Assembly (NCBI GenBank): GCA_030625885.1
Contig: DAOUPZ010000004.1
Location: forward strand, 116,623-180,622
DNA: 64,000 nt
DNA from: Clostridia bacterium
GTDB lineage: Bacteria > Bacillota > DAOUPZ01
Direction: 5' to 3'
Position numbers and translations under genes: made by a program. Each line of letters starts with the position of its first letter. The stretch's first letter is position 1. Below, piece after piece: positions 51,496 through 61,399 of the stretch. Under the pieces are notes generated by a model. The model saw only the letters and a program-made list of their open reading frames with translations. It was not told the DNA's origin and did not search any database.

Positions 51496-51774
51496 CTACC
51501 CTCCTGCTACAACAGGGAAAATAGATACTTGATCACTTGCTTGTAATTTTGTATGAATGCCATCTAAATGGGCAACATGCCGCCCATTTACCAATACAAT
51601 GATGAGATTATTCAAATCATCCTCAGTCTCATTAAACACCGCTTCTCTAAATTTCTTCCCATAATGCTGTGAAAGTTGCTGTAATAATGCCTGCAAATCA
51701 TCCGCTGGATCATTCCAGGTTGTTTCCTTTTCTCGGGTAAAATCACGGATATAAGCAAAATATTTAATATTCAT
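51496..51774 (-). CDS. MoaD/ThiS-family small sulfur-carrier-like protein (C-terminal Gly-Gly)
   Basis: 92 aa ending ...SIFPVVAGG; beta-grasp-sized; last gene of Nuo-like unit of copy B; absent from copy A. Confidence 0.5.
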   Translation of the reverse strand: MNIKYFAYIRDFTREKETTWNDPADDLQALLQQLSQHYGKKFREAVFNETEDDLNNLIIVLVNGRHVAHLDGIHTKLQASDQVSIFPVVAGG

Positions 51775-51789
51775 AAGTTCCCTCCCTTT

Positions 51790-51850
51790 TTTCAGCTCTT
51801 AGCAGTTAGCTTTTTCTTTTCCTAACTGCTAACTCCTAACTCCTAACTGC
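51790..51850. repeat. Intergenic word-repeat hairpin (ttagcagttagc...cctaactgctaactcctaactcctaactgc)
   Basis: agcagttag / ctaactgct inverted repeat plus (taactcc)n; same words as 9669-9692 in opposite orientation. Confidence 0.65.
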
Positions 51851-51902
51851 TTCTTTTTTCTTCACTCTTCCAGCAACTAAAGGGAGCGTTCTTTACTCTC
51901 TC

Positions 51903-52673
51903 TCAAATATCCAATTCTGCCTTTAACGCTTCCTTAAATTTTGCCGCATTCCCCTTTTGCTTACACTTTTCACACAATGCCATATCCATATCATTACCAA
52001 TCTTTTGCTTGACATAAGCAATTTCTTGTGCTGTAGCAAAATATTTACCGCATTCCTTACATTGAATCAATTCAAAGGTTTTATCCCAAATGGTTCTTAC
52101 CCCATTTTCTTGAGTCATTTGAATGGCTTCTGTTGGACAAACTGAAGCACATGCTCCGCACCCAATACAAGAATCAGAGGGTTCATCAAAAGGTGTGCCT
52201 ACTTTCTTTTCCGCCCCTCTAAATACAGTAGAAATGGCATTTGTACCCATTTCTTCACAAGCTTTTACGCATAGTCCACACAATACACAATTTTCTGCCA
52301 AATGTGTTTCCCCTTTATTAACCTGCAAGCGTTTTATTTCCGGTACATCATACTTTTCTTTTAACGCCTTAATATCTTTATTATGAGGGACACGCGCACT
52401 ATATAAATTGAGCAGCACATTTCTTGTTCTTCGTATGGTCTCATTATCAGTGGTAACTTCCATACCTTCATGAACAGGATAAGCACAAGATGCCACCCGC
52501 TTGGTCACACCGTTTTCTTTTACTTCCACCATACAAATCCGGCAGCTTGTAATGCCGGGTAATGCATCCGAATAACATAACGTCGGGATATCAATACCAT
52601 TGCGACGTGCTGCTTGTAAAATCGTTTCACCTTCTTGTACTGCTGCCTTTTTCCCATCAATGATAATTTCCAT
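51903..52673 (-). CDS. NuoG/HndD-N-terminal-like iron-sulfur subunit, copy B
   Basis: Same cysteine architecture as 45137-45892 (CYSDALPGITSCRICMVEV; CVLCGLCVKAC; CIGCGACASVCP; CKECGKY...CEKCKQK) at ~55-60% identity. Confidence 0.75.
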   Translation of the reverse strand: MEIIIDGKKAAVQEGETILQAARRNGIDIPTLCYSDALPGITSCRICMVEVKENGVTKRVASCAYPVHEGMEVTTDNETIRRTRNVLLNLYSARVPHNKDIKALKEKYDVPEIKRLQVNKGETHLAENCVLCGLCVKACEEMGTNAISTVFRGAEKKVGTPFDEPSDSCIGCGACASVCPTEAIQMTQENGVRTIWDKTFELIQCKECGKYFATAQEIAYVKQKIGNDMDMALCEKCKQKGNAAKFKEALKAELDI

Positions 52674-52687
52674 AATCTCCCCTCCTT

Positions 52688-54484
52688 CTATTTTACTTTT
52701 ATTGCATTAAATTTACAACTGTCAATACAAATACCGCATTTTGTACATTTCTCCGAATCAATCACGTGAAGTTGTTTCTTTTCTCCCGAAATAGCGCCTA
52801 CCGGACAGCGTTTAGCGCATAAGGTACATCCTTTACAGGCTTCTGCATCAACATAAAACTCTGTTAAATCCTTACAAACCCCCGCCGGGCATCTCTTATT
52901 CTTAATATGCTCTTCAAACTCTTCCCTAAAGTTCTCGATATTTGAAATAACAGGATTAGCCGCTGTTTTCCCTAATGCACAAAGGGATGACTCTTGAATC
53001 GCTTCTCCCATTTCTAATAATAAATCAATATCGCCTTCTTGGCCTCGACCTTCACAAATATCACCTAATATTTCCAGCATTCTCTTAATACCTTCACGGC
53101 AGGGGGCACATTTTCCGCAAGATTCCCCATAAAGAAATTGCATATAGAAACGAGCTACTTCGACCATACAAGTCCGATCATCCATAACAACCAACCCACC
53201 AGAACCCATCATGGAACCTTCTGCTGTCAAGGAATCAAAATCAACCGGTAAGTCTAATTTAGATTCTGGAATACATCCCCCGGAAGGCCCGCCTGTTTGT
53301 ACGGCTTTAAATTTTCTGCCACCGGGAATACCTCCGCCAATATCAAAAATAAGTTCTCTTAAAGTAATCCCCATCGGTACTTCTACCAGACCTGTATTTG
53401 CAATTTTACCAACCAGTGCAAAAACCTTGGTCCCCGGACTGTTTTCCGTACCAATAGAACGGAACCAATCTGCTCCTTTATTGATAATAAGCGGTACATT
53501 GGACCATGTTTCTACATTATTGATAATGGTAGGTTTACCCCATAACCCTTTATCTGCTGGGAATGGCGGCTTCTGAACCGGTTCACCCGTCTTCCCTTCT
53601 ATCGAAGCGATCAACGCTGTTTCTTCCCCACAAACAAAAGCCCCGCCGCCTCTAACAATCTCGGCATCAAAGGAAAATTCCGTCCCCAAAATGTTTTCGC
53701 CTAAGAAGCCTCTTTTTTTGGCCGCTTCGATTGCTTTTTTCATGTTCTTAACAGCCAATCCATATTCATCCCGAACATAGAGAAAACCACGATTAGCACC
53801 AATAGCATAGGCACATATAGCCATTCCTTCTAAAACAGTATGTGGATCACCTTCTAATACTGAGCGATCCATAAATGCGCCCGGGTCTCCTTCGTCAGCA
53901 TTACAAATAACATATTTAGGTGACCCCTCTGCCTTAGCAGCAAACGACCATTTCAAGCCAGTCAAAAATCCACCACCGCCCCTGCCACGCAGTTTGGAAT
54001 GCTTCATTTCATCAATCACTTCTTGAGGTTTCATGTTCTTCAAAACCTTTGCAATGGCTTTGTAGCCGTCTCTTTCAATATAATCATCAATACTTTCGTT
54101 ATCAATATGTCCTACATTGCGCAACGCTAAACGCATCTGCTTTTTATCAAACGTCCAATCTTCTTTAGACTGAACTTTTGCTTTTTGCTGTGCATCAAAA
54201 TATAAAAGACGATCAATTACTTCATTATTAGTAATACTTTTTGCAATAATCTCCGGAACATCGGAATCTTTGACATGAACATAGGTAATCTGCTGAGGGA
54301 GAATATGTACGAGCGGCCCTTTTTGACAAAGTCCATGACAACCTGTTCCCTTAACATCCGGGATCAGCTCTACATCTAACTCTAGCGCTTTTAATTGTTC
54401 TTTAAATGCATCATAGATCTTCTGACTGCCATTTGCCAAACAACCCGTACCACAGCAAACCAGAATCGTTTTTTTACTTTCCAT
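52688..54484 (-). CDS. NuoF/HndC-like NAD(H)-binding flavoprotein subunit, copy B
   Basis: GLRGRGGGGFLTGLKWSF; N-terminal CCGTGC; C-terminal tandem ferredoxin motifs; ~80% identical to copy A. Confidence 0.85.
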   Translation of the reverse strand: MESKKTILVCCGTGCLANGSQKIYDAFKEQLKALELDVELIPDVKGTGCHGLCQKGPLVHILPQQITYVHVKDSDVPEIIAKSITNNEVIDRLLYFDAQQKAKVQSKEDWTFDKKQMRLALRNVGHIDNESIDDYIERDGYKAIAKVLKNMKPQEVIDEMKHSKLRGRGGGGFLTGLKWSFAAKAEGSPKYVICNADEGDPGAFMDRSVLEGDPHTVLEGMAICAYAIGANRGFLYVRDEYGLAVKNMKKAIEAAKKRGFLGENILGTEFSFDAEIVRGGGAFVCGEETALIASIEGKTGEPVQKPPFPADKGLWGKPTIINNVETWSNVPLIINKGADWFRSIGTENSPGTKVFALVGKIANTGLVEVPMGITLRELIFDIGGGIPGGRKFKAVQTGGPSGGCIPESKLDLPVDFDSLTAEGSMMGSGGLVVMDDRTCMVEVARFYMQFLYGESCGKCAPCREGIKRMLEILGDICEGRGQEGDIDLLLEMGEAIQESSLCALGKTAANPVISNIENFREEFEEHIKNKRCPAGVCKDLTEFYVDAEACKGCTLCAKRCPVGAISGEKKQLHVIDSEKCTKCGICIDSCKFNAIKVK

Positions 54485-54959
54485 GGTTCTCCCCTCCTCT
54501 ATAACGATTGATAATTTCTCTCAATGAAGCTGGTGTTAAATTACCATGATATTCATCATTAATTACAACAACGGGTGCTAATCCACAAGCGCCCACACAA
54601 CCAACGGTTTCTAATGAAAATTTACCATCTTCGCTCGTCTCACCCGGCTCTATTCCAAGAATATCTTTTACTTCTTGTATCAAATTCATAGAACCTTTAA
54701 CATGACAGGCTGTGCCGTCGCATACTTTAATAATATTCTCACCTTTGGGTTTTAAACTTAACGCTTTATAAAAAGTAGCAACACTATAAACTTTTGTCAG
54801 TTCCACCCCAACATACTCCGCAACAATCACCAAAGATTCTTTAGGTAAATAATTATATTTTCTTTGCACATCCTGTAGTATGGCTAATATGAATCGCCGT
54901 TCAGGCTTGTAACTAGAAGCAATCGCCAACGTTTCCTGTTTAACCTGTGATAAATCCAT
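54474..54959 (-). CDS. NuoE/HndA-like [2Fe-2S] subunit, copy B
   Basis: CDGTACHVKGS...CVGACGLAP; ~85% identical to copy A. Confidence 0.8.
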   Translation of the reverse strand: MDLSQVKQETLAIASSYKPERRFILAILQDVQRKYNYLPKESLVIVAEYVGVELTKVYSVATFYKALSLKPKGENIIKVCDGTACHVKGSMNLIQEVKDILGIEPGETSEDGKFSLETVGCVGACGLAPVVVINDEYHGNLTPASLREIINRYRGGENHGK

Positions 54960-55002
54960 CCCTCAACCTCCCTCATTCATTTTGGTAAGTGGTAAGTGGG
55001 AA

Positions 55003-55036
55003 AAAGGAGAAGGAGCTCATCTCCTTCTCCTTTTTC
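55003..55036 (-). terminator. Terminator-like hairpin between AOR and NuoE-like genes, copy B
   Basis: ggagaaggagctcatctccttctcc with flanking A/T runs; same position as the hairpin in copy A. Confidence 0.5.
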
Positions 55037-55075
55037 CACTTTACTTATAAGCAGCTAATTTATCTCAACTTCTCA

Positions 55076-56938
55076 TTAATTATTTTGAGCCGCAGCCGCT
55101 TCTACAGCCCCTAGCATTTGTGCAAAAGCATCCTCTAAACCAAGCTCGACCATCTTATCTTTAGTGGGAACACCCGCTTCAGTCCAACCACGCAATTCAT
55201 AATACTCTGGAAGCATTTCATGTAAACGGTTGACGCTGCCTTTATAGGGACCAAATTTTTGCGGCTCTTGCAAAAGTCTCTGTGGCAATGTATCATCTTT
55301 ACCCGTAAAGCCACACGCCATATTAAATAACCGTTCTAAATTCCAAATTCTTTCCCCCGCTTTGAGTAATTCATCTGGACTATATTCAATACCTGTTGCT
55401 GCCGATACAACATTAGCAATAATATCAGCACCAATAGCAAACGTTGTAAATAAGCAAAAACCCGAAGCATCTACTGCACCAGTTAAATCCTGGAACGTTT
55501 TACAGACACCTGCTTTTCCTTCTGTTACTGCTGGATCTAATTTCACCGGAAGACCCAAAATTTCAGGGGAAGTCATATACCCGCGCACATGACAGCCGCC
55601 ACGGTTATTGGTAGCATAATTTAAACCCATCCCTTGAAGTGTTCTCGGTTCATAAGCCGGCAATTCCTGTTTCTTAACGCTCATCGATAATTCCGGATGA
55701 CCGTATTTCTCCGCTAAGCGATAAGAACCTTCCGCCAGCATATCACCAATACCTTCCCGGTAAGCCGTCTTAGTTACTAAATCAGCTAAAATACTGGCAT
55801 TGCCAAAGCTTAAATCACATCCCGCATCTTCTTTAGGCAAATACCCGTTTTCATAAAGTTCCATGGCACAAGCAATGGTACAAGGCATGGAAATCGCATC
55901 CAATCCCAACTCATTGCAACGGAAGTTAGCTTGGCAAATTGCATCGATATCATCAACATCACAATCGGCACCAAAACCCCAGCCTGCTTCATATTCAGGC
56001 CCTTCACCAAATCCAGCATATGGTTTATAGGTTTTAGTCACTCGACCGCAACGCATCACGCAGGAGAAGCAGCCTTTATTACGCACCAGATTCTTATGTT
56101 CAATCATAAATTCACCACTGGTTTTATCCGCCCATTCTACCGTACCGGAATCACGGAAATTGTGGACAGGCAGCCCACCAGACTGATTTAAAATATTAAT
56201 CAAAATTTGCGTTCCGTATGTTGGAAGACCTGTTCCTGTAACAGGATGTTCAGCCAATACTTTACGCGCTTCTTCGATCGCTGCCATAAATCTTTCCCCA
56301 TCAGGAACATGAACGGGATTCGTACCACGTACAACAATTCCCTTTAAATTTTTAGAACCCATAACCGCACCAACACCTGTACGACCTGCCGCTCGATTCA
56401 TTTCATTCATAATACAAGCTATTTTAGAAAGGTTTTCCCCCGCTGGGCCGATACAAGCTACTTTAGCCATCTCGTCCGTTTCTTCTTTTAACAGATCTGT
56501 TGTATCGGGTACTTCTTTGCCCCAGATATGATCTGCTGGATGAATTTCTACCTTGTCATTATTAATCCAGATATACACTGGTTTTTCCGCTTTTCCTTCA
56601 ATAACAACCACATCATAACCCGCATATTTCATTTCACTGCCAAAATACCCGCCGGAATTAGAACAAGCAATGGTCCCCGTAAGTGGTCCCCGCGTAATCA
56701 CCATATATCGCCCGGCAGAAGGTGCCATGGTGCCTGTAAGCGGTCCTGTCACTAAATACATATTATTATCAGGGCTTAATGGATCGACGTTGGTTCCTAC
56801 TTCTTCATAATACATTTTCGTCCCAAGTCCACGACCACCGATGTAGTCCTTAGCATATGATTCATTTAAAGGTTCCGTACTGACTTTACCCGTTGTCAAG
56901 TTAATTCTTAAGACTTTATTTTGGAAACTGTTAGCCAT
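55076..56938 (-). CDS. Tungsten-type aldehyde:ferredoxin oxidoreductase (AOR family), copy B
   Basis: Start placed at [14 protein letters not shown], overlapping the ferredoxin stop as in copy A; long stretches identical at nucleotide level to copy A (e.g. 55090-55178 vs 48513-48600). Confidence 0.9.
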   Translation of the reverse strand: MANSFQNKVLRINLTTGKVSTEPLNESYAKDYIGGRGLGTKMYYEEVGTNVDPLSPDNNMYLVTGPLTGTMAPSAGRYMVITRGPLTGTIACSNSGGYFGSEMKYAGYDVVVIEGKAEKPVYIWINNDKVEIHPADHIWGKEVPDTTDLLKEETDEMAKVACIGPAGENLSKIACIMNEMNRAAGRTGVGAVMGSKNLKGIVVRGTNPVHVPDGERFMAAIEEARKVLAEHPVTGTGLPTYGTQILINILNQSGGLPVHNFRDSGTVEWADKTSGEFMIEHKNLVRNKGCFSCVMRCGRVTKTYKPYAGFGEGPEYEAGWGFGADCDVDDIDAICQANFRCNELGLDAISMPCTIACAMELYENGYLPKEDAGCDLSFGNASILADLVTKTAYREGIGDMLAEGSYRLAEKYGHPELSMSVKKQELPAYEPRTLQGMGLNYATNNRGGCHVRGYMTSPEILGLPVKLDPAVTEGKAGVCKTFQDLTGAVDASGFCLFTTFAIGADIIANVVSAATGIEYSPDELLKAGERIWNLERLFNMACGFTGKDDTLPQRLLQEPQKFGPYKGSVNRLHEMLPEYYELRGWTEAGVPTKDKMVELGLEDAFAQMLGAVEAAAAQNN

Positions 56939-56939
56939 C

Positions 56940-57419
56940 TTATTCCACCTCCTCAAATACTTTTTTGAATTTTTCCGCATACATGGCTTTCTTGGCCATC
57001 ACGCCTTCATTTGCTTCCTTATATTCAATCGCCTGATTAGGACAAATCCTCACACATTGTGGATCCCCACCGCATAAATCACATTTGATAACCTGTTTTG
57101 TTTCATTATCATAACTGGCATTACCAAAAGGACAGGCACTAACGCATAATTTACAACCGATACATTTGTTTTTATCCCATAAGACACCATTTGCTTCTTC
57201 ATCACGATGCAATGCCCCCGTTGGGCAAACCCCGGCACACGGAGCATCATCACAATGCATACACATCAATGGAACACCTAATCCTAAGCGTTCCCAAACC
57301 AATGCATGTACTCTTGATTTATTGGGATTAAATACACCTTCATGTGCAAAGGAACAAGCCAGTTCACAGTTACGGCAACTAGCGCATTTATCCGGATGAA
57401 TCATTAAAATTTTTGCCAT
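56940..57419 (-). CDS. Polyferredoxin-like 4x[4Fe-4S] subunit (AorA-like), copy B
   Basis: 160 aa, ~92% identical to 50365-50844. Confidence 0.8.
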   Translation of the reverse strand: MAKILMIHPDKCASCRNCELACSFAHEGVFNPNKSRVHALVWERLGLGVPLMCMHCDDAPCAGVCPTGALHRDEEANGVLWDKNKCIGCKLCVSACPFGNASYDNETKQVIKCDLCGGDPQCVRICPNQAIEYKEANEGVMAKKAMYAEKFKKVFEEVE

Positions 57420-57428
57420 CACTTTCCT

Positions 57429-57670
57429 GCTTCAACTTTAAATAAATGGCACATCTACTTTAAGTTGAAAGCAGGTTTCACCTCCTCTATATTATTTTTT
57501 TAGGAAAAGCCGATACTTACCCTTTCACCCCCTCAATCATATTCATCTCATTTTTCATTTCTATCATGGCTCTTTTGCACATTGGCAGATATAAAAATTG
57601 CTTTTTATACCCTATCGCCTGGAAATTCACACTTTGTGTGGAATTTCTAGGTTCAGAGATATGATTATGT
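57429..57670 (-). promoter_or_regulatory. Conserved 5' leader of ferredoxin-AOR unit, copy B
   Basis: Imperfect hairpin cttcaacttta...tttaagttgaag next to the RBS; GAGGAGGTG motifs; conserved block with near-palindrome cctggaaattcacac ttt gtgtggaatttctagg. Confidence 0.45.
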
Positions 57671-57871
57671 TGTACCATGTGATGCGAATTATTTTGATAT
57701 TATCAAACTAAGTTTTATATTTATTTAATTTATTTTTATTATATCAACTGATGTTTTATTAATCCAACTTTTTTATCTCTTAATTATTAAGTTTAATACC
57801 TAATAAGGCAATTTTTCTTACCCTTGCTCTTTATATATCTTTTTTTCATGTTTTTTCATTTAAAATAAAAA

Positions 57872-57905
57872 AAGACCCTTTTTAAAACCAGGGTCTTCTT
57901 CCACA
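57872..57905 (-). terminator. Rho-independent terminator after ECF S-component gene
   Basis: gaccct ttttaaaac cagggtc hairpin followed by a U-run on the minus strand. Confidence 0.45.
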
Positions 57906-57909
57906 ATCA

Positions 57910-58455
57910 TTATACGACTAATTTTTTCTTTTCTTCCAACACCCCTGCTTTAGCAAGAAACTTAAACAACAGAGGAATAAACATCAATTGCATTATAATA
58001 CCAGGAAGTCCTTTTATAATAGAACCATATACAAATATCAAGGGATTTACGGGCAATCCTCCAAATCCGGTTATATGAACCATGACCCATACAACCATTC
58101 CAGCTGCCATGCGCCCGCCTAACATCGCAATTAGTAATGATATCCAAATATTGCGCCCTCTTTTTTCAAAAGTAAAACCAGTCAAAAATCCATATACACC
58201 TAATTCAAAGAACATGATCGGCAACATGGGTATTACGGGCGGCATACCCGTTAATAATGTGCTTAATAACACAGTAAGCATACCTATTAATGCACCCCAA
58301 CAAGGTCCTAACATTAATCCTGCAATCAAAACGGGAATATGCATCGGTAGGAAAATTGCACCCCCAATGCCGACAGCATGAAACCCCATCGGTAATACAA
58401 TGCCCATTGAAATGAGAAATGATCCATTTAACATCATTTTAGTCTTTATCTTCAC
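57910..58455 (-). CDS. ECF-transporter substrate-specific (S) component, ThiW-like
   Basis: 181 aa, ~6 TM; GIVLPMGFHAVGIGGAIFLPMHIPVLIAGLMLGP resembles ThiW-type S components; no adjacent EcfA/T genes or riboswitch seen. Confidence 0.55.
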   Translation of the reverse strand: MKIKTKMMLNGSFLISMGIVLPMGFHAVGIGGAIFLPMHIPVLIAGLMLGPCWGALIGMLTVLLSTLLTGMPPVIPMLPIMFFELGVYGFLTGFTFEKRGRNIWISLLIAMLGGRMAAGMVVWVMVHITGFGGLPVNPLIFVYGSIIKGLPGIIMQLMFIPLLFKFLAKAGVLEEKKKLVV

Positions 58456-58725
58456 AAAATTCCCCTCCTCTTTATCTTTATTTACTCTTATTAACTTATT
58501 CTATTATAACTCAATTATAATCAAAAAAAAACTTCTTACATTCTTTCTTTATATACAACAGTGGTGTATCACCAATTTTGCGTGTAAAACCTTTATTGCT
58601 TCTTATTTATCAATTTGAAAACAAAAACAGGCTAAAATATGGAGAAATATAGCCTTATATCAATGCTAAATCTAAAATATGGTAACTTTTTATCCTTTTT
58701 GCTATATTTCTTCGTTAAATTAAGT

Positions 58726-58755
58726 TTGATTTTTTCACTACTTGTTTAATATAAT
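58726..58755 (+). promoter_or_regulatory. Sigma-A-like promoter candidate for alcohol dehydrogenase gene
   Basis: TTGATT -18- TATAAT about 170 nt upstream of the ADH start. Confidence 0.35.
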
Positions 58756-58924
58756 ATAAGCATAGTTTGCTAATGTAAAATTAATTTTCATATAATCAAA
58801 CAATCATCTTTATTTAAATATTAAAAAAGGAGGTAAACAAAACACGAGTTAAAATTTTCGTAGTATCCTATGCACAAATATTAATGTGCATAAAATTGAA
58901 ACTAATGATGAGGAGGAGAAAACT

Positions 58925-60082
58925 ATGAAAGAAGAAGTATTTGGTTATTTCATGCCGCCAGTCAGTTTAATGGGTGTTGGTAGTTACAAAAAAATCGGGG
59001 AACAAATTAAAGCCCTCGGAAAATCAAAAGCATTAATCGTTACTGATCAAGGAATTATTAAAGCAGGTGTTGCTAAAAAAGTAACTGACATATTAGACGA
59101 AGCCGATATTAAATACGTTATTTTTGATGGTGCTCAACCTAATCCTACGGTTGGCAATGTAGAAGACGGCCTAAAAGTATTAAAAGATAACGACTGTAAT
59201 GTTGTTATTTCATTAGGTGGCGGCAGTCCACATGACTGTGCTAAAGGGATCGCCCTTGTAGCCACCAATGGCGGCAGTATTAAAGACTATGAAGGATTAG
59301 ACCAATCCCCAAAACTCATGATGCCATTGATTGCTGTTAATACAACTGCTGGTACAGCCAGTGAAATGACCCGGTTTGCAATCATAACCGATACCGACCG
59401 CCATGTTAAAATGGCTATTGTTGACTGGCATACAACACCAACCATTGCCATTAATGATCCTCTTTTAATGATGGGTATGCCTGCCAGTCTGACAGCTGCA
59501 ACTGGTATGGATGCATTAACTCATGCCATTGAAGCTTATGTTTCCACAATCGCAACACCCATTACCGATTCTAATGCAATTGCAGCCATTGAACTAATTT
59601 CCAAATATTTAAGAAGAGCTGTTAAAGACGGTAATGATACGGAAGCTCGTGACAAAATGGCTTATGCTGAATTTCTTGCTGGTATGGCATTCAATAATGC
59701 AAGCTTAGGATATGTTCATGCCATGGCACATCAATTGGGTGGTTTCTATGACCTGCCACATGGTGTATGTAATGCCATTTTATTACCCCACGTTCAAGCT
59801 TACAATGCCAAAGTCGTACCGGAAAGATTTATTGCGATCGCTAAAGCTATGGGCGAAAACGTTGAGAGCTTAAACCCTGAAGAAGCTGCAAAAGTTGCCA
59901 TTGAATCCATTAAGAAACTTTCAAAAGATGTTGATATTCCTGCCGGTGTTAAAGAATTGGGCGCTAAAGAAGAAGATCTTCCAACTCTAGCAAGTAATGC
60001 CTTAAAAGATGCCTGTGGTTTAACCAATCCAAAACAACCTACTAAAGAAGAAGTTATAGAGATTTATCGTCAAGCTATGTAA
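58925..60082 (+). CDS. Iron-containing (group III) alcohol dehydrogenase
   Basis: [14 protein letters not shown]-binding motif and metal-binding histidines ([13 protein letters not shown]); 385 aa from ATG preceded by GAGGAGGAG RBS. Confidence 0.85.
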   Translation: MKEEVFGYFMPPVSLMGVGSYKKIGEQIKALGKSKALIVTDQGIIKAGVAKKVTDILDEADIKYVIFDGAQPNPTVGNVEDGLKVLKDNDCNVVISLGGGSPHDCAKGIALVATNGGSIKDYEGLDQSPKLMMPLIAVNTTAGTASEMTRFAIITDTDRHVKMAIVDWHTTPTIAINDPLLMMGMPASLTAATGMDALTHAIEAYVSTIATPITDSNAIAAIELISKYLRRAVKDGNDTEARDKMAYAEFLAGMAFNNASLGYVHAMAHQLGGFYDLPHGVCNAILLPHVQAYNAKVVPERFIAIAKAMGENVESLNPEEAAKVAIESIKKLSKDVDIPAGVKELGAKEEDLPTLASNALKDACGLTNPKQPTKEEVIEIYRQAM

Positions 60083-60187
60083 CAAAAACAATTGTAATTG
60101 CCCTCCCCCAATGTGCAAATATACAATTGACATAAATAACCCCTCAGTACTATAAATGATAGATCTGCCTATTAATTTATCGACAAA

Positions 60188-60232
60188 AGATAATGGCTGC
60201 CTGTTATATAACAAGCAGCCATTATCTTTTTT
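60188..60232 (+). terminator. Rho-independent terminator of ADH gene
   Basis: agataatggctgc ctgttatataacaa gcagccattatct perfect 13-bp stem followed by tttttat. Confidence 0.6.
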
Positions 60233-60334
60233 ATTGTTCAGAAAGTATTAGAGGACACACCTCGTACCTTTTATTAATTCACAATTCATAATTAAAAACA
60301 TTCAACATTTTTGCATTAGGTTTCAGTCTCCACC

Positions 60335-60500
60335 AATCATTTATCTTTTAGCTTTTAGCCTTCAGCTTTCCGCCTTCTACCAATCTTTTGTTTTTCATCT
60401 TTCAGCGACCAAATGGAGCGCTCGTTCCTCTTTCAGCGAACGCAGAGAGCGGTCTTCTCTCTGTCTTTTCCTACCTGCTACCTGCTGATAGCTATTTTTC
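60335..60500. repeat. Intergenic repeat element homologous to 26090-26266, plus cctacctgctacctgctg word
   Basis: tttcagcgaccaaatggagcgctcgttcctctttcagcgaacgcagagagcggtcttctctctgtctttt aligns with 26205-26270 at ~90% identity; ends with ctacctgctacctgctg. Confidence 0.7.
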
Positions 60501-61274
60501 CTACAACACCACATTATGAACCATCTCAGACAAAACTCGTCCATATTTTACCACTATTTTAATCATGTCTTTTATCCGCTTATCTGTCATATGTGACGGA
60601 GGGCCGGAAACAGAAACCGTGGCAATAATTTTATCACCAAAGCCAAATACCGGTGCGGCAATCGTGATCGATTCATCATGCTCCCCATCATTAGCTGCAA
60701 AGCTGCGCAATCTTATTTCCATCAACTCTTTATTTAAAACTTCACGATCGGTAATGGTGTTTTTTGTAAAACGCGGCATCCCCGTTTGCTCTAATATTTT
60801 TTCTCGTTCCCCTTCTCCTAAAAAAGCCAAAAATACTTTCCCTGAAGCACTTGCATGCATAGGCACACTGTTCCCAATCGGGTTATGGCTATGAAGCGGC
60901 GAATAGACTTCTCTAGCTAATACACAGGTGGCTTTATTCCCACTATAAATATAGAAATATACACTTTCACTTACTTCATTCTGTAACTCACGTAAAACAG
61001 CATCAATATCCTGATAGGGAAAATCTTTACGAAGATAACATTCACCAACACGAAAAGCTTCTGGCCCAATACGATACTTCTTATTTTCTTGGTTTTGTAT
61101 CACATACTTTTCCATCACCAGTGTCGCTAAATAATGATGCATGGTGCTTTTGTTAATTTTTAATGATTCTACTAAGTCCGTAATACTCACTTCTTGATTT
61201 AATGTAGCCATATAGCTTAAAATTTGCAAACATTTTTGGGCAGAACCAATAATCTTTACTTCTTTTTGTGTCAT
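60501..61274 (-). CDS. IclR-family transcriptional regulator
   Basis: N-terminal wHTH (ITDLVESLKINKSTMHHYLATL) and C-terminal IclR effector-binding domain; 257 aa. Confidence 0.85.
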   Translation of the reverse strand: MTQKEVKIIGSAQKCLQILSYMATLNQEVSITDLVESLKINKSTMHHYLATLVMEKYVIQNQENKKYRIGPEAFRVGECYLRKDFPYQDIDAVLRELQNEVSESVYFYIYSGNKATCVLAREVYSPLHSHNPIGNSVPMHASASGKVFLAFLGEGEREKILEQTGMPRFTKNTITDREVLNKELMEIRLRSFAANDGEHDESITIAAPVFGFGDKIIATVSVSGPPSHMTDKRIKDMIKIVVKYGRVLSEMVHNVVL

Positions 61275-61399
61275 TTTTATTCACTTCCTTATTAAGGTGC
61301 AAGGGATATTTCTTCATTATTTGTAAATGTTTCACACTACTATTATAAATACAGAAAGTGTTACATTTCTATTAAAATTCTAAAAAAAGCATAATATTA

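Noticed and set aside
57578-57600. Sigma-54 (-24/-12) promoter in the AOR leaders because of conserved tttgcacattggcag
   Set aside because: On the transcribed minus strand the spacing and the GG/GC dinucleotides do not fit TGGCAC-N5-TTGCW; kept only as part of the conserved block.
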